From: Desulfonema limicola
GTDB taxonomy: Bacteria > Desulfobacterota > Desulfobacteria > Desulfobacterales > DYRC01
Direction of reading: 5' to 3'
DNA: 37,573 nt
Assembly: GCA_020718925.1 (NCBI GenBank)
Contig: DYRC01000004.1
Span: forward strand, 2,235-39,807
Part shown: positions 14,480 to 22,459 of the stretch, in pieces
How the letters are laid out: the number at the start of each line of letters is the position of its first letter
How positions within the stretch are numbered: the first letter of the stretch is position 1
The notes under the pieces: generated by a model
Told to the model about the DNA's origin: nothing
What the model saw: only the letters and a program-made list of their open reading frames with translations
Database searches by the model: none
Program-made: the position numbers and the translations under genes

Positions 14480-14529
14480 TCCTAACCCTCAGTTGCAGCC
14501 GATTACAACGGCTGAACATTGTGTTATAA
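14480..14529 (+). repeat. Second attC-like imperfect palindrome
   Basis: TCCTAAC-CCTCAGTTGCAGCCG-attacaa-CGGCTGAACATTGT-GTTATAA, with a bulged G in the stem. An extra GTTAGGA sits at 14448-14454, at the stop codon of the small gene. Confidence 0.3.
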
Positions 14530-14690
14530 TTCCGATGTCCGATTCCGCGCTCTCGACAAACTGCCCGCCCCCCACGCCTTCTCAGACTCATTTATAATCA
14601 TCAGACATCATTGTTTTTCAGACAATTTCTTAACTTAATGACATTGGGGCTTACCCTACATATTATGCCGGAAAGTATATGATTGGGTAT

Positions 14691-15734
14691 TTACTCATTC
14701 CACGAAAACAGCACCGCAGCCAATGCCAGAAAAATAGCCGTTGTCAGCAGCATCGCCGTGATTTCAGGCATGAGATTCATCAGCCCCGCGCCATCGTTCA
14801 TGATTTTCCGAACAGATCGCGTCAGGTGAATCAGAGGGAAAAAATCAGCAACTGTTTTCACCCACTGAGGTGAACCCTCTAAAGAAAACCAGACTTCGGA
14901 TAAAAACATCATGGGCCACGAGATGAAATTGATCAGCCCGCTTGAAAATTCTTCGCTCGTGCCTCTGGCAGCCAGCATCAAGCCCATCGCGCACATGCTT
15001 AAACTTCCCAGAAAAAATACGAGGACAATATTGCCGTAAGACCCTTCGACCTTGAAATGGAAAATCGCATCACAGCCTATCCATACCACGATCACCATAA
15101 ACATCATCAGAACAATTCTGGAGAGCAGTTGTGCGCTTAAATATTCAAATGCCGTCAGAGGCGTGGCTTTGAGACGTTTTAAGACGCCGATTTTCCGATA
15201 CCGCACAATGATATAGCCCACGCCCCACAATGCCCCGAACATGATGTTCATGCCCAGAACGCCCGGAAAAAGCCATTCCACATAGCGGATCGGCACTGCC
15301 CGGATTTCCTGCTTCTGCGCGGGCGGCGGTTCGGAATACAGGCTGGCATGAAACAGCTTTTCCACAAGATAGCCTTTGGGCGAGGTATCGCTGACCCAAT
15401 AATCATTGGTCGGCGAATCTGCTTTAATCAGAAAATCAATCGCGTGATGCCGAAGCTTTTCCACGCCTTCGCTCAATGTTTTAACGCCGATGAACTGAAT
15501 CAGGCGGGTTTGTCTGAACGCTTTGGGAATACTGAGTTTTTCAACTATCACGATTTCCGTATCCGAAGGAAATACGCCGACCTTAAATTCATTATATTCC
15601 TTGCCCCCGAAAATAACCCCGAATCCGACAACGATCAGAAACGGAAACAGAAAATTCCAGCCCAATGCGCTGCTGTCTCTGAAAAACTCCTTGTTTCGGG
15701 CAACAAACATCACCCAGAATCGTTTGAAACTCAT
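14691..15734 (-). CDS. ABC-2 type transporter permease
   Basis: N-terminal RNKEFFRDSSALGWNFLFPFL, a large extracytoplasmic loop, then five C-terminal TM segments. Directly downstream of the ABC ATPase. Confidence 0.85.
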   Translation of the reverse strand: MSFKRFWVMFVARNKEFFRDSSALGWNFLFPFLIVVGFGVIFGGKEYNEFKVGVFPSDTEIVIVEKLSIPKAFRQTRLIQFIGVKTLSEGVEKLRHHAIDFLIKADSPTNDYWVSDTSPKGYLVEKLFHASLYSEPPPAQKQEIRAVPIRYVEWLFPGVLGMNIMFGALWGVGYIIVRYRKIGVLKRLKATPLTAFEYLSAQLLSRIVLMMFMVIVVWIGCDAIFHFKVEGSYGNIVLVFFLGSLSMCAMGLMLAARGTSEEFSSGLINFISWPMMFLSEVWFSLEGSPQWVKTVADFFPLIHLTRSVRKIMNDGAGLMNLMPEITAMLLTTAIFLALAAVLFSWNE

Positions 15735-15759
15735 AATTTCTCACTTCTCATTTCTCACT

Positions 15760-16500
15760 TCAATCCCTCAGTCCCCGTCCGGTCATCCGGATAAACACAT
15801 CTTCCAAGTTAGGTGCGCGCAATCCGTCTGTTACGCAGTCTGAGCAATAAGTATTTATCAGTTCTTGCGGCGTTCCCCGTGCAATCAGCTTGCCGTGATC
15901 CATAATCGCAATATCATCGCACAATTTTTGCGCTTCTTCCATATAATGGGTGGTTAAGACAATGGTTTTGCCTTGTTCCCTGATTTTCAAGATAATATCC
16001 CATAAATTATGCCGCGCCTGCGGATCCAATCCTGTGGACGGCTCATCCAAAAAGAGTAAATCCGGGTCATTGATCAATGCCAATGCCAAAAACAATCGCT
16101 GCCGCTGTCCGCCGGATACTTTGTCGTTATACTGCGCCCGAATCTCGTTGAGTTGGCACATTTCGATCACATCTTCAATCGCAGAGCTTTTATGATACAG
16201 GCTTTGAAAGGTTTTGAGCGTTTCCTCAATTGTAAGCCATGATAACAATTCGGTTTTCTGAAACTGAATGCCGACTTCTTCCCTGAAACTTGCCGCGCGC
16301 GGCTTTCCCTTGTATAAAATTTCGCCGGAGGTGGGAGAAATCACATCCTCAATAATTTCTATCGTGGTGGTTTTGCCCGCGCCATTAGGTCCCAGAAGCC
16401 CGAAGCATACGCCTTGGGGAATGGAAAAGCTGATATTATCCACTGCGGTCAGGGTTTTGTATTTTTTCACCAGATTCACAATCTCAAGCAATCCCGGCAT
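15760..16500 (-). CDS. ABC transporter ATP-binding protein
   Basis: Walker A GPNGAGKTT; signature VSGGQRQRL; Walker B LLFLDEPSTGLD; H-loop TTHYMEE. Confidence 0.9.
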   Translation of the reverse strand: MPGLLEIVNLVKKYKTLTAVDNISFSIPQGVCFGLLGPNGAGKTTTIEIIEDVISPTSGEILYKGKPRAASFREEVGIQFQKTELLSWLTIEETLKTFQSLYHKSSAIEDVIEMCQLNEIRAQYNDKVSGGQRQRLFLALALINDPDLLFLDEPSTGLDPQARHNLWDIILKIREQGKTIVLTTHYMEEAQKLCDDIAIMDHGKLIARGTPQELINTYCSDCVTDGLRAPNLEDVFIRMTGRGLRD

Positions 16501-16503
16501 GGG

Positions 16504-17088
16504 TCACCGGCTTTCAAGGGCTGCGACAAGCTCTTTTCCTGCGGCGAATGCTTCTTCAAGACATTCCGGGCTTTTCAGAATATCGCCTTCAAAATCGAAA
16601 TTTCGGTACAATAACGATTTCCATAATTCCATGTCCAGCACGTCAAAAAAATAGCGAATCGCAAGCAATACGCCGTCAAAGAGTTTTTTGCCTTTGGTTG
16701 CGCCGACAGAGATAAACAGCCCTTTTCGCTTGAATGGCTGCGAAGAAACCTTGTCAATCCAGTATTTTTTGACCCACAAGGATTGACATCGATCCATTAA
16801 AATTTTGGTGTGCGCGCTCACCGAGTAGAAAAAAATCGGCGAGGCAAGCATCAGTCCGTCAGAGGCAAGAATCGCGTCCCTGATTTTCTGAAAATCATCG
16901 GCAATCGCGCAGTTGCCGTCTTTTTTGCATCCATAGATTTCAAGGCATGGCGACATCTTCAAATCTCTTAACACAAATTCGTGAACTGTTGCGCCTGCCT
17001 GTTTTGCGCCCTCTACGGCTTGTCTGAGCAGCAACGCGGTGTTGCCTTTGCGCCTTGGGCTTCCGTATATTGCGGTGATAGTGGTCAT
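16504..17088 (-). CDS. Flavodoxin-like fold NADPH-dependent FMN reductase / iron-sulfur-flavoprotein-like protein
   Basis: I prefer the start MTTITAIYGSPRRKGNT at 17088, with AAGGAG 10 nt upstream. Has a Cys-rich stretch SPCLEIYGCKKDGNC and ASPIFFYSVS. Confidence 0.75.
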   Translation of the reverse strand: MTTITAIYGSPRRKGNTALLLRQAVEGAKQAGATVHEFVLRDLKMSPCLEIYGCKKDGNCAIADDFQKIRDAILASDGLMLASPIFFYSVSAHTKILMDRCQSLWVKKYWIDKVSSQPFKRKGLFISVGATKGKKLFDGVLLAIRYFFDVLDMELWKSLLYRNFDFEGDILKSPECLEEAFAAGKELVAALESR

Positions 17089-17114
17089 AGCAAATCCGCT
17101 CCTTGATAAATTGT

Positions 17115-18467
17115 TCAAATATCTTTCAACAGCCTATTCTCCGGCAGATTCCGAAGAGACAGCAGAAAGGCTTCCTGATACTGACTGAGTTTGTCATAGA
17201 CATCAGATGACGGAATTAAAAGATTTCCGCCATGATTTTCCATCATTTCAATAACAGACAGAATTGTGATTTTACTAATGTCTCTTGCAGGCTGATACGC
17301 ATACGCAGACGCATCACTGGTAACAACTTCCGAAATCATGCCGCAAGCCACCAAGTGATTGAGAATATCCGAAGTTAAAGATAACGGAATATTCAACCGA
17401 TCTGAAATTTCAGAAGACTTCGGCGATTTACGTCCTTGTGCAAAGCATCGGATAATAAAATGCGAGATCAGCAATGCAATACGTTTTCTGTTTTTAAGAC
17501 TTAATTCAATCGGTTCTGTAAAAAAATCATCTTTATCGCCATGCTGGTTTGCATAAGATATTTCAGTGCCGATCAGAACGATAATCCAACTCCAGTTGAG
17601 CCATATCATAAACAACGGCAATGCCGCAAAACTGCCGTAAATCGCGTTGTAACTCGACATGCCGATTTGAAACCGGATATAAATCCACTGCGCCATCTGA
17701 AAAACAGTTCCGGCAATAATTCCGGCAATAATTCCGGCGGTGAATTTTACCTGAGTATTGGGCATGACAATATACATCAGCGCGAACAGAAACCAGATAA
17801 TGATAAACGGCGTCAGCTTCATCACAAATATCGCAAATGGCGCAATATATCCGAATATCGCAAAATTTTCTCCGATAGAATGTATCTGATAGGTGATATA
17901 AACCGTAGCGGTGCTTTGAATGATAAATAATACCGGAACAAGTATCATCAGCGATATATATCCCGTCAGTTTTCGTGTCCATGTTCTTCCGGTTTTTATG
18001 CGCCATATTGCGTTAAATGATTCTTCTATATTTCCGAAAACTTCCACAATCGTCCAGAGCAGAAATGCCACGCCCACGCCTGCAATCAGTCCGCCTTTGG
18101 TTTCTTCAAGGCTGCCGAGAAAGGCATTGGCAAATTTCATCACCCAGTCCAATACCTGTTCCTGCCCTTTGAAATATTTCACCAATTCGGTTTTAAGATA
18201 CTGATCGAATCCGAACCCTTTGGCGATGCCGAACCCCATTGCCACAAAAGGAACAACCGACATCATGCTCAGAAAGGTCAGCGAAGAGGCTCTGAGGCGC
18301 AGATCATCTTCTTTGTATTTGCGAAAAGCGAACACAATGATATATAACTGCTTTACGATAAAAGACATAGACGGCGGAAATCTTTTATGAAAAAATTCCC
18401 CTGCACTTTTAGCGGTGATATTGCTGAGTTTTATGATAATCTCTTTGAGTTTCATTCTGATGAGCAT
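17115..18467 (-). CDS. YihY/BrkB family membrane protein with C-terminal winged-helix-like extension
   Basis: LRASSLTFLSMMSVVPF followed by six TM segments and ..YGSFAALPLFMIWLNWSW... (family hallmark). The start could be 18467 or 18455. Confidence 0.8.
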   Translation of the reverse strand: MLIRMKLKEIIIKLSNITAKSAGEFFHKRFPPSMSFIVKQLYIIVFAFRKYKEDDLRLRASSLTFLSMMSVVPFVAMGFGIAKGFGFDQYLKTELVKYFKGQEQVLDWVMKFANAFLGSLEETKGGLIAGVGVAFLLWTIVEVFGNIEESFNAIWRIKTGRTWTRKLTGYISLMILVPVLFIIQSTATVYITYQIHSIGENFAIFGYIAPFAIFVMKLTPFIIIWFLFALMYIVMPNTQVKFTAGIIAGIIAGTVFQMAQWIYIRFQIGMSSYNAIYGSFAALPLFMIWLNWSWIIVLIGTEISYANQHGDKDDFFTEPIELSLKNRKRIALLISHFIIRCFAQGRKSPKSSEISDRLNIPLSLTSDILNHLVACGMISEVVTSDASAYAYQPARDISKITILSVIEMMENHGGNLLIPSSDVYDKLSQYQEAFLLSLRNLPENRLLKDI

Positions 18468-18613
18468 ATTTAGCCTAAAGGCTTATAAATCGCAAGTGCA
18501 ATATTTTTACAGGGGCGTAATACTTTTTATTTCACCCGGCTTGCAGTTTTTTGCCGTTTGGAGTACATATAACGCCAAGCTTAAAATAATTGAAAGGTGA
18601 AAAATCAGACATT

Positions 18614-19666
18614 ATGCCCGGCAGCACATTCGGAACATTGTTGAAAATTACAACTTGGGGAGAATCTCACGGCAAAGGCGTGGGCGTTGTGATTGACGGA
18701 TGCCCGCCCAAAATTCCCTTAACCGAAGACATGATTCAGAAAATGATGGATCGCCGAAAACCCGGCAGTTCGATTGCCAGCACTTCGCGCCGGGAAGCGG
18801 ACAAAGCGGTTATCATGTCCGGCGTATTTGACGGCATGACCACCGGTACGCCGATTATGATTATGCTGTTCAATACAGATGCGGATTCTTCCTCATACAG
18901 CCCATTTTCGGAACTTTTCAGACCCGGACACGGCGACATCAGCTATCAGGCAAAATACGGCATCCGGGATTGGCGCGGCGGGGGACGTGCGTCTGCCAGA
19001 GAAACTGCGGCGCGGGTGGCTGCCGGAGCAGTGGCAAAAGCAATTTTGGACAAAGAGAATATCAGCGTTAAAGCTTACACAATTGAACTCGGCGGAATAG
19101 AAGCTAAAAAACGCGATGTTGATCTGATAAGCAAAAATCCTTTCTGCTGCCCGGATGCTGACGCTGCTCAGGACATGGAAAATCGGGTCATAGAAGTAAG
19201 AAAACAAGGCGATTCCGTAGGCGGCATTGTGGAAATTATTGCCAAAGGCGTTCCCGCAGGCTTAGGCGATCCGGTCTTTGACAAGTTAGATGCGGATTTG
19301 GCAAAGGCATTGATGAGCATTGGCGCGGTCAAAGGCGTTGAAATCGGCGCGGGGTTTGCAGCAGCGCGGATGACAGGTTCTCAGAACAATGATCCGATTT
19401 TACCACAGGGCTTTGCAACAAACAATTCCGGCGGTATTCTGGCAGGCATATCCAATGGCGATGATATTGTGGCACGGGTGGCGGTTAAGCCGATTCCTTC
19501 GATTTCTATTGAGCAAAAAACCATTGATAAGCAAGGAAATCCGCAGACGCTTTCAGTCAAAGGGCGGCATGATGTGTCTGCTATTCCCCGAATCAACGTG
19601 GTTTGTGAGGCAATGGTCTGTCTGGTGCTTGCCGATCATCTGCTACGGCAAAAGGCGATCTTATGA
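18614..19666 (+). CDS. aroC: Chorismate synthase
   Basis: MPGSTFGTLLKITTWGESHG..GVVIDGCPP...RPGHGD...GGGRASARETA. The ATG at 18614 is preferred over the TTG at 18590. Confidence 0.95.
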   Translation: MPGSTFGTLLKITTWGESHGKGVGVVIDGCPPKIPLTEDMIQKMMDRRKPGSSIASTSRREADKAVIMSGVFDGMTTGTPIMIMLFNTDADSSSYSPFSELFRPGHGDISYQAKYGIRDWRGGGRASARETAARVAAGAVAKAILDKENISVKAYTIELGGIEAKKRDVDLISKNPFCCPDADAAQDMENRVIEVRKQGDSVGGIVEIIAKGVPAGLGDPVFDKLDADLAKALMSIGAVKGVEIGAGFAAARMTGSQNNDPILPQGFATNNSGGILAGISNGDDIVARVAVKPIPSISIEQKTIDKQGNPQTLSVKGRHDVSAIPRINVVCEAMVCLVLADHLLRQKAIL

Positions 19667-20514
19667 ACAGCCGGATATGTGTCGGAATTATCGGCGGAAA
19701 AGGCGCAATGGGTCGCTGGTTTGAGCATTTTTTTACTCAGAGCGGGCATAAGGTTCTGATTTCGGATTTGCAGACGATGTTCACCCCGAAACTTCTCGCA
19801 AGGATTTGTGATATTGTTATTATCAGCGTTCCTTTGGATATTGCGCCTGAAATTGCAAAAGCCATCGGTCCCCGAATGAGCGGGAATCAATTATTGACCG
19901 ACATCTGCTCGCTCAAAGAAGATATTCTAAATGCCATGATGAATCATACAAAAGCCGAGGTGGTCGGAACTCATCCGCTTTTCGGTCCTTTTGTCGAATC
20001 TTTTCATGGGCAGAATATGGTGATTTGTCCGGGCAGGGGTGAAAGATGGCTCAGTTGGCTCAAAGATGAATTTGAAAAAAGCGGCGCAAACATCATCAGC
20101 ACGGACGCTGCGACACATGACAGAAATATGGCTATTTTTCAAGGGCTTACGCATATACTCAGCGTCAGTATCGGCAGAATGTTTCAAAAGATAAACATGC
20201 GCCCTGCTGAAGCAATTTCTCAATCCACGCCGGTATTCAGGGTTCATACGGATCTGGTGGGGCGGCTGTTTGCTCAGGATTTGGGGCTTTATGAGCGGCT
20301 TATCGGTCAGAATAAATATGTGGGCGAAGTTCTGAATATCTTTTTGTCTGCGTTGAATGAAAGCCGGGAAAATCTGCTTTCGGGTGAAATTGGAAAAAGC
20401 AGTGAATATTTGGAACAAATCCGCTCTTTTCTCGGTGATTTCTGCCAAAAAGGGCTTGAAGAAAGCAATGAGTTTCTGAATATATTTTATTCCAAAATGA
20501 AAGGATCGGCATAA
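19663..20514 (+). CDS. tyrA: Prephenate dehydrogenase
   Basis: ATGA overlap with aroC. NAD fold ICVGIIGGKGAMGRWF; ..VVGTHPLFGP..; HDRNMAIFQGLTH. Confidence 0.85.
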   Translation: MNSRICVGIIGGKGAMGRWFEHFFTQSGHKVLISDLQTMFTPKLLARICDIVIISVPLDIAPEIAKAIGPRMSGNQLLTDICSLKEDILNAMMNHTKAEVVGTHPLFGPFVESFHGQNMVICPGRGERWLSWLKDEFEKSGANIISTDAATHDRNMAIFQGLTHILSVSIGRMFQKINMRPAEAISQSTPVFRVHTDLVGRLFAQDLGLYERLIGQNKYVGEVLNIFLSALNESRENLLSGEIGKSSEYLEQIRSFLGDFCQKGLEESNEFLNIFYSKMKGSA

Positions 20515-21770
20515 TGGATAACAAACTCAATCTTTTTGCCTTAACCTTAAAGAACTATAAAAATATAGTTGCTGATGGGATCGGATTAAATAATCTGAAT
20601 GTCATTATCGGACCAAATGGTTCGGGGAAAAGTAATTTTATCGGTGTTCTTCGGTTTTTAAAAGATTGTCTGATTTCTACACCTGATAAAAGTGGGGGGA
20701 TTACCAGTTTTGAAGAAGCTATTGAAAAGCTCGGCGGTAAAAGGATATTAGACAAAACGGTTGCATCGCATGAATCTGTTAATTTAGGTTTTATCTTCAA
20801 ACTTTCTGAAGGAAAAATTTTATTTTTTGATTTGGATATTTGGGAAGATATTATATCTGAGGAGAGTCTTTATTCACCGGGTATTGCAGGAACAGACAAG
20901 TTCTGTTTTTATAAAGTTAATATTGATTTTGATAAAGGATGCGATGTATCAGTTTATAATGATTCTACTCAAAAGGAAAGTCATATTGAAACATTATCAG
21001 ATATTCCTAATAATCAACTAATGCTAAGTATGATTCCTGAACTGTTAGAGTCAAGTAAGTTTTCCCCTGAAAATACACCTGTTTACAAAGTGCGGCGAAA
21101 AATTATTGATTCGGTATCAGGATGGCGGTTTTATAATGCCAATGATATGAATGTAACTGCTATCCGTGTTTCAGAACCGAAAATCGGTCCCGGCGATATG
21201 TTTCTTGAGCCTTCAGGAGAAAATCTGCCTTTGGTCTTGGATAATCTGATTCAGAAAGATTTTGAATTTGAAGAAAGAATCAATAATGCCATGAAGCAGA
21301 TTTTGCCTCAGACAAGAAAAATCAGACCGATACGTTTAGGGCGATTAGCGTTGACGGTGGAATGGTATTTTGACGGCATGAAAGAGCCGTTTTACTTAGA
21401 TGAAATGTCAGACGGCACGGTGAGAATGTTATGCTGGGCAGTTATTCTGCATTCTCCTATTCCGCCTTCTCTGCTGGTTATTGACGAGCCGGAAATGGGT
21501 ATTCATCCGTCATGGTTGCCGATTTTGGCGGAATGGATAAAGACCGCTTCTGAAAGAACGCAGATTATTGTCAGCACACACAGCCCTGATTTGCTGGATC
21601 ATTTTACGGACAGAACAGAAGACGTGATTTGTTTTCGCTTTGACGGAAAAAATCATTTTACACCTGAGCATTTGTCAAGGGAAAAACTTTCGGCAATGTT
21701 TAATGAAGGATGGGAGTTGGGAGATTTATATCGTGTCGGTGATCCGGGAGTCGGAGGCTGGCCATGGTAG
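20514..21770 (+). CDS. ABC/SMC-type AAA ATPase (AAA_15/AAA_21-like), candidate defence ATPase
   Basis: TAATG overlap with the tyrA stop. Walker A GPNGSGKSN; ABC-signature-like MSDGTVRML; Walker B LLVIDEPEMGIHP; H-loop VSTHSPDLL. AT-rich: 30% GC in a spot count at 20521-20580, versus 48% at 19681-19740. Confidence 0.85.
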   Translation: MDNKLNLFALTLKNYKNIVADGIGLNNLNVIIGPNGSGKSNFIGVLRFLKDCLISTPDKSGGITSFEEAIEKLGGKRILDKTVASHESVNLGFIFKLSEGKILFFDLDIWEDIISEESLYSPGIAGTDKFCFYKVNIDFDKGCDVSVYNDSTQKESHIETLSDIPNNQLMLSMIPELLESSKFSPENTPVYKVRRKIIDSVSGWRFYNANDMNVTAIRVSEPKIGPGDMFLEPSGENLPLVLDNLIQKDFEFEERINNAMKQILPQTRKIRPIRLGRLALTVEWYFDGMKEPFYLDEMSDGTVRMLCWAVILHSPIPPSLLVIDEPEMGIHPSWLPILAEWIKTASERTQIIVSTHSPDLLDHFTDRTEDVICFRFDGKNHFTPEHLSREKLSAMFNEGWELGDLYRVGDPGVGGWPW

Positions 21771-22459
21771 TTTGGGTATTTGCAGGCGGCGGAGAATCTG
21801 AGATAAAAGGGCTTATTCTGTTTTTCCGAAAAAGTTTCTCTGATTGTCAGTTTGAGCGAAAGACTCCGATCAATAATAAAAAAGCCCCTAATCCCAAAAA
21901 AGCACTCGGCAAGACCGGAAAAAGTCTTGCCGACCAGATCAGTTGGCAATTGAATAACTCTCTGAGAGATAATGAAAAATGTGATTTAATCCTTGTCATT
22001 GACGATTTGGATTGCCGAGATGTAGAGCAGCAAAACCAACTATTTCTGAAAGCGATCAACATCGTGAAAGAAGCATCTGAGATAAAACAGATTATCGCCT
22101 TTGCCGCGCCGGAATTAGAATCATGGATTGTTGCAGATTGGCAGAATACTTTTGCAAAACATATTGATTTCAGAGGATTCCATCAAGGGATGCGGCATTG
22201 GCTGAGTACAAAAAATTTTCCTTTTGATGCGCCTGAATCCTTCAGCGAATATGATTCAGACAAAGATAGCTGCAAAGAAAAACTTTCCGAACTGATTATC
22301 GAAGCGGTATCTGAAAAAGCTCAGAAAAGATATTCAAAAGCAAGTCATACGCCGTTTCTGCTTCAACAAGTCAATCCTGAAAATGTTGTGGAAAAATGCC
22401 CTTTATTCAGAGAATTGTATCTGACTTTCAATAATTTATTCAAATCAGAGAGTTTATGA
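21764..22459 (+). CDS. Toprim-like protein resembling the DUF4276/RloB/DUF4435 group
   Basis: 7-nt overlap with the ATPase gene. N-terminal VFAGGGESEIKG (Toprim-type Glu); DLILVIDDLDCRD (DxD); AAPELESWIVADW (E.W motif). The assignment rests on the motif pattern only. Confidence 0.6.
   Translation: MVVWVFAGGGESEIKGLILFFRKSFSDCQFERKTPINNKKAPNPKKALGKTGKSLADQISWQLNNSLRDNEKCDLILVIDDLDCRDVEQQNQLFLKAINIVKEASEIKQIIAFAAPELESWIVADWQNTFAKHIDFRGFHQGMRHWLSTKNFPFDAPESFSEYDSDKDSCKEKLSELIIEAVSEKAQKRYSKASHTPFLLQQVNPENVVEKCPLFRELYLTFNNLFKSESL

Larger units (their letters stand above)
12290..14649. mobile_element. Putative non-autonomous cargo island bounded by 22-nt imperfect inverted repeats
   Basis: Left end is CCCCATTGCCATTAAGTTAAGA (12290-12311). 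Right end is TCTTAACTTAATGACATTGGGG (14628-14649). These match 20/22 as inverted repeats. CTTAC abuts both ends, and the 11-mer GGGGCTTACCC occurs at 12281-12291 and 14646-14656. The interior holds four accessory genes and no recombinase. Confidence 0.4.

Noticed and set aside
14199-14591. 130-aa minus-strand ORF
   Set aside because: It runs antisense through the PIN partner gene and the attC-like palindromes. It has no RBS and an R/C-rich composition.
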